From: an uncultured SAR86 cluster bacterium
GTDB lineage: Bacteria > Pseudomonadota > Gammaproteobacteria > Magnimaribacterales > D2472
Length of the DNA: 64,000 nucleotides
Assembly: GCA_902582355.1 (NCBI GenBank)
Contig: CACHRR010000001.1
Location: 170,236 to 234,235, forward strand
Reading direction: 5' to 3'
In this document: positions 1-10,673 of the stretch, piece by piece
Numbering within the stretch: position 1 is the stretch's first letter
Layout: every line of letters starts with the position of its first letter
Program-made: the position numbers and the translations under genes
The notes under the pieces: generated by a model
The model's input: the letters and a program-made list of their open reading frames with translations, nothing else
Database searches by the model: none
Told to the model about the DNA's origin: nothing

Positions 1-444
1 ATCAGCAGGCATGTCAAAAAAACCTTGAATGGTTTCTGAGTGGAGGTCTATAGTTAAAACTCTGTCAATTCCGACGGATGCAAACATATCAGCAATAACT
101 TTTGCACTTATTGGTACTCTAGCAGATCTAACCCGTCTGTCTTGCCTGGCATATCCATAGTAAGGAACAACTGCAGTAATTCTTGAAGCAGAGGAGCGTT
201 TCAATGCATCAGCAAGTAGCATTATCTCCATTACATTTTTATTTGTTGGAGAGCAGGTTGATTGAATAATAAATGTATCATGTCCTCTTACATTTTCTTC
301 TATTTCAACCTTTAACTCGCCATCAGAAAAATATCCAACATCCGCTGCAGAAATTTCTATTCCTAATATTCCTGAAACTTCTGATGCTAATTCAGGATTT
401 GCTGTACCAGTAAAGATATCCAATCTTTTTTTATTTTTGTTCAT
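1..444 (-). CDS. prs: Ribose-phosphate pyrophosphokinase, N-terminal part (gene runs off the window start)
   Basis: Own reverse-strand translation from ATG at 442-444 gives [28 protein letters not shown] and, in frame, [20 protein letters not shown]. The prs-tRNA(Gln)-ispE-lolB neighbourhood is conserved. Confidence 0.85.
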   Translation of the reverse strand, partial: MNKNKKRLDIFTGTANPELASEVSGILGIEISAADVGYFSDGELKVEIEENVRGHDTFIIQSTCSPTNKNVMEIMLLADALKRSSASRITAVVPYYGYARQDRRVRSARVPISAKVIADMFASVGIDRVLTIDLHSETIQGFFDMPAD

Positions 445-471
445 ATATCCCCTTAAAATCATTATATAACA

Positions 472-546
472 TGGCTGGGGTGGTAGGATTCGAACCTACG
501 CATGACGGGATCAAAACCCGTTGCCTTACCGCTTGGCTACACCCCA
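472..546 (-). tRNA. tRNA-Gln (anticodon UUG), CCA encoded
   Basis: Reverse complement is TGGGGTGTAGCCAAGCGGTAAGGCAACGGGTTTTGATCCCGTCATGCGTAGGTTCGAATCCTACCACCCCAGCCA. It has a 7-bp acceptor stem (TGGGGTG/CACCCCA), an anticodon stem ACGGG/CCCGT with loop TTTTGAT, and a GGTTCGAATCC T-arm. Confidence 0.95.
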
Positions 547-549
547 AAG

Positions 550-1362
550 CTAGTCGATATAACATATCGGCGAATATTGTAATGGTTTACAGAAAAAGAG
601 TCTCCAATTACTAGGTATTTTTTTAACTAATTTATCTATTTCTTCTTTTTTATTATATTTTACAAACATACATGAACCACTTCCAGATAGATTTAATTCG
701 AATTCTTTAAAATTTTCATAATAAAAATCTTTTACTGTTTCTTCACTATTAAGAAAAATACTCCAAAAAGAATTCTGTCTAAAATTTGGTATTTGAACAT
801 TTTTTTTAGAACTTTGATCATATAAGTTGAACATTATTTTTGTGGAGTTATTTATTTCTGGATGAATAATTAATATATTACTATCAATTGATTCACTATA
901 TTTTAATTTTTCTCCAATTCCTGTTGCTTTTGCATTTTTTCCAAACATAAAAAAAGGGACATCTGCACCTATTTCTTTCGCGTATTCAAGCATTTTATTT
1001 CTGTTTAAATTTAATCCCCAAATCTTGTCCAACATAACTATTGCTGACGCAGCATTAGAGCTTCCTCCTCCTAAACCAGCACCAAGAGGTATTCTTTTTT
1101 TAATTTGAATCTCAATTCCATTATTTTTTGTCTGTTTTTGCAAGTCATTTGCAACTTTAAAGACTATATTTTTATGATTATCAATATTTTTGTCATTGCA
1201 TTGAACAGATATTCCTTTTTTTGTTTTTTTAAAACAAATATCGTCATATAAATTAATCAACTGAAAAGATGTATCCAATTCGTGAAAGCCATTATTAAGT
1301 TTACCCAAGATTTTTAAATATAAATTTATTTTTGCTGGAGATTTTATATTAAATTCAGACAT
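550..1362 (-). CDS. ispE: 4-diphosphocytidyl-2-C-methyl-D-erythritol kinase
   Basis: GHMP kinase motifs PAKINLYLKILGK, GFHELDT and PLGAGLGGGSSNAA. Position next to lolB and prs. Confidence 0.93.
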   Translation of the reverse strand: MSEFNIKSPAKINLYLKILGKLNNGFHELDTSFQLINLYDDICFKKTKKGISVQCNDKNIDNHKNIVFKVANDLQKQTKNNGIEIQIKKRIPLGAGLGGGSSNAASAIVMLDKIWGLNLNRNKMLEYAKEIGADVPFFMFGKNAKATGIGEKLKYSESIDSNILIIHPEINNSTKIMFNLYDQSSKKNVQIPNFRQNSFWSIFLNSEETVKDFYYENFKEFELNLSGSGSCMFVKYNKKEEIDKLVKKIPSNWRLFFCKPLQYSPICYID

Positions 1363-1878
1363 TTATTTTATTTCTGTGGGCGTTCTATTTGCTCTTTCAA
1401 TTTTTCTTGAAATCATTAACTTTATGTTAATAATATTATTATATTTTTTAATTTTTATGTTTATATCTCCATATTTGTTACATTTTAGTTTTATGAAGTT
1501 ATCTTCATATTTTATAGAGTTAAGCTGAAGACACGAATAAATCAAATCAAAATATTTTTGTGAAAAATTATTTGAAATTTCTTTAAAATTTTTATCATCT
1601 TTGATAACTGGGATTAAATCTGATTGAAAATAACCATTTTTAAAAAGCTCAATTTTTCCAAGATTACCTAAAAAGGGCTGATTAAACTGTATAATGATAC
1701 GATCTTTAAAAGCTATAATGTTGGACTTATATACATATTGTTCTTTTAAAAGTTGAAATTTTGCATTAAAAACCTGCTTTTGAGAGCTGAGTTGTTCAAA
1801 ATTTGTACAAGAATATAATGAAATTACTATAACAACCAAAGAAAAAAATTTAGAAATGGAACTACAGTTATTTGGCAT
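1363..1878 (-). CDS. lolB: Outer-membrane lipoprotein LolB-like
   Basis: 171 aa with a lipoprotein-type signal peptide (SKFFSLVVIVISLYSC). Conserved position between ispE and the divergent hemA. Sequence is weakly diagnostic on its own. Confidence 0.65.
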   Translation of the reverse strand: MPNNCSSISKFFSLVVIVISLYSCTNFEQLSSQKQVFNAKFQLLKEQYVYKSNIIAFKDRIIIQFNQPFLGNLGKIELFKNGYFQSDLIPVIKDDKNFKEISNNFSQKYFDLIYSCLQLNSIKYEDNFIKLKCNKYGDINIKIKKYNNIINIKLMISRKIERANRTPTEIK

Positions 1879-3088
1879 TAATCATAAAACTTCAAATGTT
1901 GCTGAACGAGAAAAGTTTATTATAAATGAGTCTAACCAAATTTTATTAGATAATCATTTAAAAAAACTATTCGGAGAGGATCTTGAATCATTTTTTGGGA
2001 TTTCTACTTGTAACAGGACAGAAATATACCTGGTTGGAAAATCTGGTATCTCAAAAAAGGTTTTTAAAGAAGTATTAAGATTATTAAATGTTAATGACAT
2101 TTCAAACAGTAGTTTTTATTTTCTTTCCAATCATGACGCCCTTGTTCACATGTGTAAAGTAGCTTCTGGGATTGATTCACAGGTTTTAGGCGAACAGGAA
2201 ATATTTGGCCAATTCAAAATAGCATTAAAAAATGCAAAAGAATACAAAATAATAGGCAATAAGTTGTCTTATTTTGCTGATAAAGTTATTGAAATTGCAA
2301 AAAAAGCAAGAACTGACACTGAAATAGGAGTTAATTCTCTGTCAGTGAGTGGACTTGCAATGAAATTGATTAAAAATATATTTGAGGCACCTGAAAAGCA
2401 AAATATATTAGTTATTGGGGCTGGCTCTCTATCAAAAAGCGTTATTGAAAATTTATATGATAAAGGAATTCGTAATATTAAATTAGTCAATAGAACGGTT
2501 AAAAAAATCAATCTAGATAAAAATTTTGAAATTTTATCATCTTCATTTGACTCTCTTCACGATCAGCTTGAACTTGCTGATATCGTGATTTCTTCATCAA
2601 TAACCGAAGTACCCCTTATTGGAAAAGGAGCAATTGAAAATGCTTTGAGGGTTAGAAAAAATAAACCGATTTTATTGATTGATTTAGGAGTTCCAAGAAA
2701 CATTGAAGATGAAATAAGGATCATTGAACAGGCTTATTTATATTCGATTGACGACATTGAAAAAATTACCCAAGAAAATTTTGGACAACGTTCTATTGAG
2801 GCTGAAAAAGCGATGAACATAATTGTTCTAGAATCTAAATCAAAATTGGAGTCTTTTTATGATAAATCTTCCAAGGATCTAGCCAATCTTCAGCTAGAAG
2901 AGTTTCTAAATAGTTTATCAAGCCATGAAATTCAACAATTTAAGTTAAATGGTAATTACTCTAACCTAGTCGAATCGATCAAAAGCATGAATGTAGTTGA
3001 CAAAAACTTAAATAATTTTCAAGATTTAAAAAATTTAGATGATCATATAATTAAATCTATGATCAGTAGGTTTTTTAGTAATGCATGA
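1856..3088 (+). CDS. hemA: Glutamyl-tRNA reductase
   Basis: N-terminus LFGINHKTSNVAEREKF, catalytic-Cys motif STCNRTEIY, NADPH site VIGAGSLS. hemA-prfA-prmC operon order. Confidence 0.93.
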   Translation: MELQLFGINHKTSNVAEREKFIINESNQILLDNHLKKLFGEDLESFFGISTCNRTEIYLVGKSGISKKVFKEVLRLLNVNDISNSSFYFLSNHDALVHMCKVASGIDSQVLGEQEIFGQFKIALKNAKEYKIIGNKLSYFADKVIEIAKKARTDTEIGVNSLSVSGLAMKLIKNIFEAPEKQNILVIGAGSLSKSVIENLYDKGIRNIKLVNRTVKKINLDKNFEILSSSFDSLHDQLELADIVISSSITEVPLIGKGAIENALRVRKNKPILLIDLGVPRNIEDEIRIIEQAYLYSIDDIEKITQENFGQRSIEAEKAMNIIVLESKSKLESFYDKSSKDLANLQLEEFLNSLSSHEIQQFKLNGNYSNLVESIKSMNVVDKNLNNFQDLKNLDDHIIKSMISRFFSNA

Positions 3089-4166
3089 CTCAATGCTAAA
3101 GAAGCTTGAGCAGCTTCAAAATAGAATAAATGAAATCCAAGACCTCCTATTAAATTCTAAGACAATAGAAGATATAGATAAATATACTTTGTTAAATAAA
3201 GAGTTTTCTGAGTTGAAACCAATTGTTGAAAAATTTGACGAGTACAATAATGTATTAAAAAGCATTGAAGATGCTAATGAAATAATTGAATCAGGTGATG
3301 ATGAACTTAAAGGTTTGGCCGAAGACGATCTTAAAAGTTATCGAGATATTCCTGAAAAACTTGAGCAAGAACTAAAATTCATGTTGTTACCTAAAGATTC
3401 TGCGGATGATGGCTCAGCATATCTTGAAATAAGATCAGGCGCTGGCGGTGATGAAGCTAGTATCTTTGCTGGTGATTTATTTAGAATGTATTCAAGATTG
3501 TCAGAAAGGCAGGGCTGGGACTTGGAAGTGCTTGATATAAAGTCTTCTGAACAAGGTGGACTTAAAGAGGTAGTTGCCAAGTTAAATGGTAAAAGTGTTT
3601 TCAAGGTTCTCAAATTTGAATCTGGAGTCCACAGAGTGCAGAGAGTTCCTGAAACTGAATCTCAAGGAAGGGTTCATACTTCTACATGCACAGTAGCAGT
3701 TATGGCAGAAGTGGAGGAGGTTCAGGATATAAATATTGATAAAAATGATTTAAGAGTTGATACCTTCAGGGCTTCAGGTGCTGGAGGACAGCATGTTAAT
3801 AAAACTGATTCAGCGGTTAGGCTTACTCATGTTCCAACAGGATTAGTTGTAGAGTGCCAAGATGGTAGATCTCAACACAAAAATAAAGAGAAGGCATTAT
3901 CACTACTTGCTGCAAAGTTAAAACAACAAGAAATCGATAGTCAACAGGAAATTATTGCAAGTGAAAGGAAAATATTAGTAGGTACTGGAGACAGAAGTGA
4001 AAAAATAAGAACATATAATTTTCCTCAAGGAAGAATGACAGATCATAGGATAAAGTTGACTCAACATAATCTTGATCAGATTATGGATGGTGATATAAAA
4101 GAAATCTGTGATGCACTTCTGGCTGAAAATCAACTAGCAATGCTTTCACAGCTTGAATCAGAATAA
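3081..4166 (+). CDS. prfA: Peptide chain release factor 1
   Basis: GGQ motif (SGAGGQHVNKT) and an RF1-type PxT tripeptide region (RVPETESQGRVHTS). Confidence 0.96.
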   Translation: MHDSMLKKLEQLQNRINEIQDLLLNSKTIEDIDKYTLLNKEFSELKPIVEKFDEYNNVLKSIEDANEIIESGDDELKGLAEDDLKSYRDIPEKLEQELKFMLLPKDSADDGSAYLEIRSGAGGDEASIFAGDLFRMYSRLSERQGWDLEVLDIKSSEQGGLKEVVAKLNGKSVFKVLKFESGVHRVQRVPETESQGRVHTSTCTVAVMAEVEEVQDINIDKNDLRVDTFRASGAGGQHVNKTDSAVRLTHVPTGLVVECQDGRSQHKNKEKALSLLAAKLKQQEIDSQQEIIASERKILVGTGDRSEKIRTYNFPQGRMTDHRIKLTQHNLDQIMDGDIKEICDALLAENQLAMLSQLESE

Positions 4167-4982
4167 TTGAAAAAACAATTAAGCCATTATTTTAATATGT
4201 TTGATAGTGACACTATTAAAAGTGAATTTATTTTTTTTCTAAAAGAAAAATTACATTTTAAAGATAGTGAAATTTATATCGATTCAGATAAAGGTCTCTC
4301 AAATGCAAATAAAGATCTCATAAAAGAGTTTATAAAAAAAAAGAATGAAGGTATCCCACTAGATTACATCTTAAATTCTTCTAAATTTAATGAATATGAT
4401 TTCTTTGTTGATTCAAGGGTTTTAATTCCTAGACCAGAGACAGAAATAATAGTCGATTATGTAAAAAATCATTTCTCATCTCCTATTAATATTCTAGATG
4501 CCGGCACAGGATCAGGATGTATCGGTATCTCAATTGCTCTCAATAATCCAAGCTTTAGAGTCTATGGTTCAGACTACTCCGTAGATGCATTAGACGTTGC
4601 ATGCATAAATAAACATAACTTGAATGTAAAGAATTTCTTACTAATCCAAGCTAATTGGCTATCTTGCTTTAAAACAAAATGTTTTGACATAATTGTAAGC
4701 AATCCTCCATACATTGCAGAGGGAGATTCTCATTTAGAAAAACTTGTTCATGAGCCAAATATTGCTTTGGTATCAAAAGAGAATGGACTTTTTTGTATTA
4801 AAAATATTGTTGAGCAATCAAGTAAGGCTCTAAAAAGTGGTGGAATTTTGATAATTGAGCATGGGTATCAACAGCAAGACGAAGTCGAAGAAACATTTAA
4901 AAAAAATAAGTTCACAAAAATAATTAATTTAAAAGACTTTCAATTACTTCCAAGAATTACCATTGGGATTTTAGAAAGATAA
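4167..4982 (+). CDS. prmC: Release factor glutamine N5-methyltransferase
   Basis: SAM motif LDAGTGSGCIG and NPPY motif (VSNPPYI). Lies directly after prfA. TTG start abuts the prfA stop. Confidence 0.9.
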   Translation: MKKQLSHYFNMFDSDTIKSEFIFFLKEKLHFKDSEIYIDSDKGLSNANKDLIKEFIKKKNEGIPLDYILNSSKFNEYDFFVDSRVLIPRPETEIIVDYVKNHFSSPINILDAGTGSGCIGISIALNNPSFRVYGSDYSVDALDVACINKHNLNVKNFLLIQANWLSCFKTKCFDIIVSNPPYIAEGDSHLEKLVHEPNIALVSKENGLFCIKNIVEQSSKALKSGGILIIEHGYQQQDEVEETFKKNKFTKIINLKDFQLLPRITIGILER

Positions 4983-4983
4983 T

Positions 4984-6423
4984 TCAAGTACCACAATAGG
5001 TAATGAATGGTTCATTTGATGAGGGAGCTAATGAATATTTTTCAAATCCCTTTTTTTCTGTAAAAGGTTCTTTTAGTATTTCAGTAATTAAATTGATATC
5101 TTTCATATCTCCATTTATGGCATTTGTGAGCGCATCTTCAATTAGATGATTTCTAGGTATGTAGCAAGGATTCCTTAAATTTAATTTCTTTGAAATATTT
5201 GAAACATTAATTTCTTTTTTCCAGGATTTGTACCATGTTGAAAAACCTCTTGACTTACTAAAGACTGAATCCTCCAGTGCAATAGATTCATCAACAATTT
5301 TTGCAAGATCTCTAAATGATAACGTAAAGTCTATTGAATCAGAATGTAATATTTTTATATAGCTTTTAATTAATTTAATATTTTTATTGTCAATAGTTTG
5401 AAGACCTAATTTCTCAGCAAATTCTTTATAGAAATATTCTTGATATAACGGCATTGCATGTTGAAGAACTTCAGACAGTTTTTTTATAGAAATTTCTTCA
5501 TCTTCATCAACTAATGGAATTAGGGTCTCAGCAAATTTCGCTAGATTCCAATTTAATATTGCTGGTTGATTTTGGTAGGAATATCTTCCGTTATGATCAA
5601 TTGAACTAAATACTGTTTTTGGATCATAATGATTCATAAAGGCACATGGACCATAGTCTATAGTTTCACCAGAAATGGCCATATTATCAGTGTTCATTAC
5701 TCCATGAATAAATCCACAGCTCATCCATTTTGATATCAGTGATGCTTGTTTATCACTAACAGCTGCAAAAAAATTAAGATATTTGTTATCAGTTTCTTTT
5801 AAGTCTCGATAATGTCTATCGATAGAGTAATCGGCCAATGTCTTAAGTATTTGACTATTTTTTGTTATTGCAAATTGAAATGTACCAATTCTAATGTGAC
5901 TCTTTGCTACTCTTGTTAAAAGTCCACCTGGAAGAATTGTTTCCCTTAAAACATCTTCATTTGTTTTTATGGCAAAGAGAGATCTTGTAGTTGGTATTTT
6001 TATTGCATGCATAAATTCACTTATCACATATTCTCTCAAAACTGGGCTTAAAGCTGATTTTCCATCTCCTCTTCTAGAAAATGGTGTTTGACCAATTCCT
6101 TTTAATTGAATATCCATTTTATTAATTTCACCTAATAAAATTGCTCTTCCATCACCCAATTGTGGATTAAAGTGACCAAATTGATGACCAGAATAACCTT
6201 GAGCAATTGGTATTGAGTCTTGCAGTATTTTATTTCCGGCAAATACATTTAGACAGTCACTAGAGTCTAAATAATCTTTTTCAAAACCTAGTTCTTCGGC
6301 AAGAGAATAATTTTTTAGAATAATCTCAGCTTTCTTAAAACCCTTCGGTGGACATTTTTCTGAAATTTCATGAAGCTCTTCAGCATAAGAATTCATAATA
6401 TTTAGATTTTTGATATTTTTCAC
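4984..6423 (-). CDS. selO: Protein adenylyltransferase SelO (YdiU/UPF0061 family)
   Basis: Characteristic GYSGHQFGHFNPQLGDGRAILLGE and GVMNTDNMAISGETIDYGPCAF segments. Confidence 0.88.
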   Translation of the reverse strand: MKNIKNLNIMNSYAEELHEISEKCPPKGFKKAEIILKNYSLAEELGFEKDYLDSSDCLNVFAGNKILQDSIPIAQGYSGHQFGHFNPQLGDGRAILLGEINKMDIQLKGIGQTPFSRRGDGKSALSPVLREYVISEFMHAIKIPTTRSLFAIKTNEDVLRETILPGGLLTRVAKSHIRIGTFQFAITKNSQILKTLADYSIDRHYRDLKETDNKYLNFFAAVSDKQASLISKWMSCGFIHGVMNTDNMAISGETIDYGPCAFMNHYDPKTVFSSIDHNGRYSYQNQPAILNWNLAKFAETLIPLVDEDEEISIKKLSEVLQHAMPLYQEYFYKEFAEKLGLQTIDNKNIKLIKSYIKILHSDSIDFTLSFRDLAKIVDESIALEDSVFSKSRGFSTWYKSWKKEINVSNISKKLNLRNPCYIPRNHLIEDALTNAINGDMKDINLITEILKEPFTEKKGFEKYSLAPSSNEPFITYCGT

Positions 6424-6430
6424 TTTTCTC

Positions 6431-7096
6431 TCAATTAATAAATTTCACAAAAGAATCTAAATTTTCTCTTTTTGTTCTATATTTATTGATTGGATGATTT
6501 CCATCTTCGTAGCCAATAGCAACACCACACCAAACAATTTCATTATCCGGATGATTAATGTGTTTTTTCACAGTTTCAGGATAAATTGACCAAGATTCTT
6601 GAAGGCATAAACCTAGACCAAAGTGAATAGCACTTAACCATAAATTTTCTAGGAACATTCCAACATGACCCCATCCATTACTTCCAAATGATCTATCTAA
6701 AGTTACTATCATTCCGATAGGAGCACCAAAAAAATTATAATTTTCTCTAATTTGTTTAAAACGAGATTCAAGATCATCTTTTTCAATTGATAAAGCATTG
6801 TACATATCAGCTCCACAATCATATCTTCTTTTTTTGTATTCATCTGCAAGTGGTTTTGGATAAATGTCATATTCAATTTCTTCTTGAACCCCAGTATCAA
6901 AATTTTGAAGCGTTTCTTTTGCTAAATTATTTTTTGCTTGTTCATTGAGAACATATACTTTCCAAGGTTGTAGATTCCCTCCAGAGGGAGCTGCATTGGC
7001 AGTTTTTAGGATTTCACTAATCAATTTCATATCAGGAACTTCTTTTGTAAAAGCTCTAACAGAAAAACGTTTTTCAATACCTTCTTTTATATTCAT
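6431..7096 (-). CDS. Nitroreductase-family oxidoreductase
   Basis: RFSVRAF...PSGGNLQPW N-terminal nitroreductase signature. 221 aa. Confidence 0.75.
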   Translation of the reverse strand: MNIKEGIEKRFSVRAFTKEVPDMKLISEILKTANAAPSGGNLQPWKVYVLNEQAKNNLAKETLQNFDTGVQEEIEYDIYPKPLADEYKKRRYDCGADMYNALSIEKDDLESRFKQIRENYNFFGAPIGMIVTLDRSFGSNGWGHVGMFLENLWLSAIHFGLGLCLQESWSIYPETVKKHINHPDNEIVWCGVAIGYEDGNHPINKYRTKRENLDSFVKFIN

Positions 7097-7163
7097 AATT
7101 TTGTTATCAAATTTTGTTGGTTCTTATATAATTTATAACAAACATCATAAGGGAGCAATTTAT

Positions 7164-8780
7164 ATGATTGGAGATATGCAAAATTGGAGGCCTAATGTAG
7201 CAGGTATTATAGAGCATGCTAAATCAATGCACCCAAAAACTGAAGTTGTTAGCAGACTAGTATCTGGTGAAATACATAAAACAAATTATGAAGAGGTATG
7301 TATAAGATCGAGGAAATTAGCTTCAGCGCTTGAGAAAGACGGCATTAAAGAAGGAGATGTAGTGGCAACATTGGCATTGAATACTTACAGACATTTAGAA
7401 ATGTATTATGGTATTTCGGGGATGGGAGCAATTACTCATACTTTAAATTTTAGATTACATCCAGAGCAAGCAGTTTATATCATAAATCATGCTGAAGATA
7501 AGATGATTTTTGTTGAATTGCCTTTTATACCTATCCTCGAAGGACTTCAAGATAATATCAATACTGTAAAAAAATATGTAGTCTTATGTAATGAAGATGA
7601 AATGCCAGAAACTTCATTAAAGAATGCTTTATCTTATGAAGAATTTATTAAAAATGGTGATGAAAATTATTCGTGGCCAGATATGGATGATGATGCAGCC
7701 TGTGCACTATGTTATACATCTGGAACAACGGGTAATCCAAAGGGAGTATTGTATAGCCACAAATCAAATATTCTTCATGCTCAAGTTGCATTAACTGCAA
7801 TGACAATTCAAGCAGATGATTCTATACTAATGGTAGTTCCATTGTTTCATGTTCTGGCATGGGGAATACCATATTTTGGCCCTATGAATGGAAATAAACT
7901 TGTTATGCCAGGCATGCAAATGGAAGGCGAGCCTCTTTACGAACTCATTGATAAAGAAGATGTAACGCTTGCTTTCGGAGTTCCTACCATATGGATGGGC
8001 CTATTAGCATACTGCAGAGACAATAATAAGATTTTAAATTCAGTAAAAAATACAATTATTGGAGGATCAGCATTATCTTTATCAACATTACAAGAGTTTG
8101 ATGAAGTACACGATGTAAATGTAATACATGCATGGGGGATGACAGAGATGAGTCCGATGGGTACAACAAATATACCTACTCCGGCCATGAAGAATATGTC
8201 TAAAGATCAAAAATATTCTGTTCAATTAAAACAGGGTAGGCCAATATATGGTGTTGAATTAAAAGTTGTTGATGATAAGGGTAATAAATTACCAAATGAT
8301 GGAGAGTCTCAAGGACATCTAATGGTAAGAGGTCCTTGGATACTTCAAAAATACTTTAAATCAAATGAAGATGCAGTGGATGCAGATGGTTGGTTTGATA
8401 CTGGAGATATATCTGTTCTAGATGAAGATGGTTATATGACCATAAAAGATAGAGCAAAAGATGTTATTAAATCTGGTGGTGAGTGGATTAGTTCTATTGA
8501 TCTTGAAAATGCTGCATTTGGACATCCAGAGGTTGCAGAGGCATGTGTTGTTGGCATTCCTCATCCAAAATGGGATGAAAGGCCAATGTTATTTATTGTC
8601 ACAAATTCTGGAGAACCAATTGAAAAAGAGAGCATTATAAAATTTTTAAGTGATAAAGTTGCAAAATGGTGGCTCCCAGACGAAATAGTTTTTTTAAAAG
8701 AGTTGCCACATGGTGCTACCGGAAAACTTCAAAAATTTGAACTAAGAGAAGAATATAACAATTATTATATGGAGAAATAA
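7164..8780 (+). CDS. Acyl-CoA synthetase / fatty-acid-CoA ligase (AMP-binding family)
   Basis: AMP-binding motif [12 protein letters not shown] plus GWFDTGD and IKSGGEWIS. Start set at ATG 7164, which is preceded by AAGGGAG. The ORF-track extension back to 6945 overlaps the nitroreductase gene. Confidence 0.88.
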   Translation: MIGDMQNWRPNVAGIIEHAKSMHPKTEVVSRLVSGEIHKTNYEEVCIRSRKLASALEKDGIKEGDVVATLALNTYRHLEMYYGISGMGAITHTLNFRLHPEQAVYIINHAEDKMIFVELPFIPILEGLQDNINTVKKYVVLCNEDEMPETSLKNALSYEEFIKNGDENYSWPDMDDDAACALCYTSGTTGNPKGVLYSHKSNILHAQVALTAMTIQADDSILMVVPLFHVLAWGIPYFGPMNGNKLVMPGMQMEGEPLYELIDKEDVTLAFGVPTIWMGLLAYCRDNNKILNSVKNTIIGGSALSLSTLQEFDEVHDVNVIHAWGMTEMSPMGTTNIPTPAMKNMSKDQKYSVQLKQGRPIYGVELKVVDDKGNKLPNDGESQGHLMVRGPWILQKYFKSNEDAVDADGWFDTGDISVLDEDGYMTIKDRAKDVIKSGGEWISSIDLENAAFGHPEVAEACVVGIPHPKWDERPMLFIVTNSGEPIEKESIIKFLSDKVAKWWLPDEIVFLKELPHGATGKLQKFELREEYNNYYMEK

Positions 8781-8781
8781 T

Positions 8782-9243
8782 ATGTTAAAAGTCGTGAAAC
8801 CATCTGAAATTGACTTGGTAATAGGCACTGAGGTAGGAACATCTGATTGGGTAACAATTGATCAAGAAAGAATAAACAAATTTGCTGATGCAACGATGGA
8901 TCATCAGTTTATTCATGTTGATCCTGATCAAGCTACTCCTGTCTTTGGTTCAACAATTGCCCATGGATTTTTATCCCTTTCATTAGTAGCTGGTATTCCA
9001 TTTTCTCAAGAAATTGGAATGGTCTTAGAAGGAACAAAAATGGGCCTTAATTATGGTTTAGATAAGGTGAGGTTTCTAAGTCCAGTCCCAGTAAATTCAG
9101 AAGTTAGAATTCGTATGAAATGCTTAGATATAGCTGAAAAGAATCCTGGTCAATATTTAGCTAAAACTGAAGTCACAATGGAAATTAAAGGTGTTGAAAA
9201 ACCTGCATTTATCGCAGAAACACTGAGCATGTTTATAGTTTAA
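8782..9243 (+). CDS. MaoC-like (R)-specific enoyl-CoA hydratase / hot-dog fold dehydratase
   Basis: 153 aa. DxxxxH hydratase-2-type motif region FADATMDHQFIHVDPDQA and GSTIAHGF. Coupled 1 nt after the acyl-CoA ligase gene. Confidence 0.8.
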   Translation: MLKVVKPSEIDLVIGTEVGTSDWVTIDQERINKFADATMDHQFIHVDPDQATPVFGSTIAHGFLSLSLVAGIPFSQEIGMVLEGTKMGLNYGLDKVRFLSPVPVNSEVRIRMKCLDIAEKNPGQYLAKTEVTMEIKGVEKPAFIAETLSMFIV

Positions 9244-9245
9244 AT

Positions 9246-10673
9246 CTACATTAAAAGATCTTTTAAAATTTCATTGACTGCCTTAGGATTAGCTTTACCT
9301 TGAGTTTCTTTCATTATTTGACCAACAAAAAATCCAAAAAGTTTATCTTTACCAGCTTTATAAGCTGATACTTGAATAGGATTAGACTCTATAACTTTTT
9401 TAGCTATATCCTCAAGTATGCTTTCATCTTGAATTTGAACCAAGCCTTTTGATTGAATAATTTCATCAACATCAGATGCTGTTTCCCAGATCTCTTCAAG
9501 AACTGACTTTGCAATCTTTCCAGAAATAGTACCATCCGATATTCGCTCAATAAGTTTTCCAAAATTTTCAGCGGATAGATTCGATTCATCAATATCAATA
9601 TTATCTTTATTTAATAAGGCACTTATGGCACCTACTAACCATTTTGCGACTAATTTAGCATCATCTGTTTTAGAGGAAGCTTCTTCAAACATATTTGCCA
9701 TAGTTTTAGATGAAGAAATAATTTTTGCTTCTGATTTATCAAGGCCTATTTCATTAATATATCTAATTTCTTTATCTTCAGGAAGTTCAGGAAGATTTTC
9801 CTTAATTTCTTTTAACTCTTTGTCTGAGATTATTACGGGTAATAGGTCAGGGCATGGGAAATATCTATAATCATTTGCTTCTTCTTTAGATCGCATTGAT
9901 CTTGTTTCATCTTTTTCACTGTCATAGAGTCTTGTTTCTTGAACGACACATTCACCATTTTCGATTAATCTTATTTGCCTATCAACTTCAAAGTTAATAG
10001 CTTTTTCAATAAATTTAAATGAGTTAATATTCTTAAGTTCAGCTCTTGTACCAAGTTCCTTGTCTCCACTCTTCTTTATTGAAATATTTACGTCGCATCT
10101 CATTGAACCTTGAGCCATATTTCCATCACATATATCTAAAAATGTAACTAATTGTCTTATAGCCTTAAAATATGCTACCGCTTCTTTGGCACTTGAAATT
10201 TCAGGTTCAGATACGATTTCAAGAAGTGGGGTACCAGCTCTATTTAAGTCTACGCCAGTTTCTCCTTCAAACATATCATGAATTGATTTTCCAGCATCTT
10301 CCTCAAGATGTGCTCTTGTTATGTTGATTTCTTTTTCATAATCATCAACTAGAATTTTAATTGAGCCTTTATCTACGATGGGCTGAGTCATTTGAGTTAT
10401 TTGATAACCTTTAGGTAAGTCCGGATAAAAGTAATTTTTTCTATCAAATGATGATGTTTGGTTAATATTTGCTCCTGTAGCGAGACCAAATCGTATGGCT
10501 TTATAAAATGCTTCTTTGTTTGCAACCGGGAGAACGCCTGGTAACCCCATATCTATCAAGTCAACATGTGTATTAGATTCCGCTCCAAATTCTGTTGAAC
10601 CGCCAGAAAATAATTTTGATTTAGTAGATAACTGAACGTGTATTTCGAGTCCTATTACTGTTTCCCAGCTCAC
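9246..10673 (-). CDS. gatB: Asp/Glu-tRNA(Asn/Gln) amidotransferase subunit B
   Basis: SWETVIGLEIHVQL N-terminus and full-length GatB similarity. I place the start at GTG 10671-10673, which overlaps the gatA TGA stop as GTGA. The ORF-track ATG at 10706 is the alternative. Confidence 0.9.
   Translation of the reverse strand: MSWETVIGLEIHVQLSTKSKLFSGGSTEFGAESNTHVDLIDMGLPGVLPVANKEAFYKAIRFGLATGANINQTSSFDRKNYFYPDLPKGYQITQMTQPIVDKGSIKILVDDYEKEINITRAHLEEDAGKSIHDMFEGETGVDLNRAGTPLLEIVSEPEISSAKEAVAYFKAIRQLVTFLDICDGNMAQGSMRCDVNISIKKSGDKELGTRAELKNINSFKFIEKAINFEVDRQIRLIENGECVVQETRLYDSEKDETRSMRSKEEANDYRYFPCPDLLPVIISDKELKEIKENLPELPEDKEIRYINEIGLDKSEAKIISSSKTMANMFEEASSKTDDAKLVAKWLVGAISALLNKDNIDIDESNLSAENFGKLIERISDGTISGKIAKSVLEEIWETASDVDEIIQSKGLVQIQDESILEDIAKKVIESNPIQVSAYKAGKDKLFGFFVGQIMKETQGKANPKAVNEILKDLLM

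Noticed and set aside
6945-7163. N-terminal extension of the acyl-CoA ligase ORF, which would overlap the nitroreductase gene by about 150 nt.
   Set aside because: The extension is antisense to the conserved nitroreductase N-terminus. An internal ATG at 7164 with an AAGGGAG SD gives a normal AMP-binding enzyme N-terminus.
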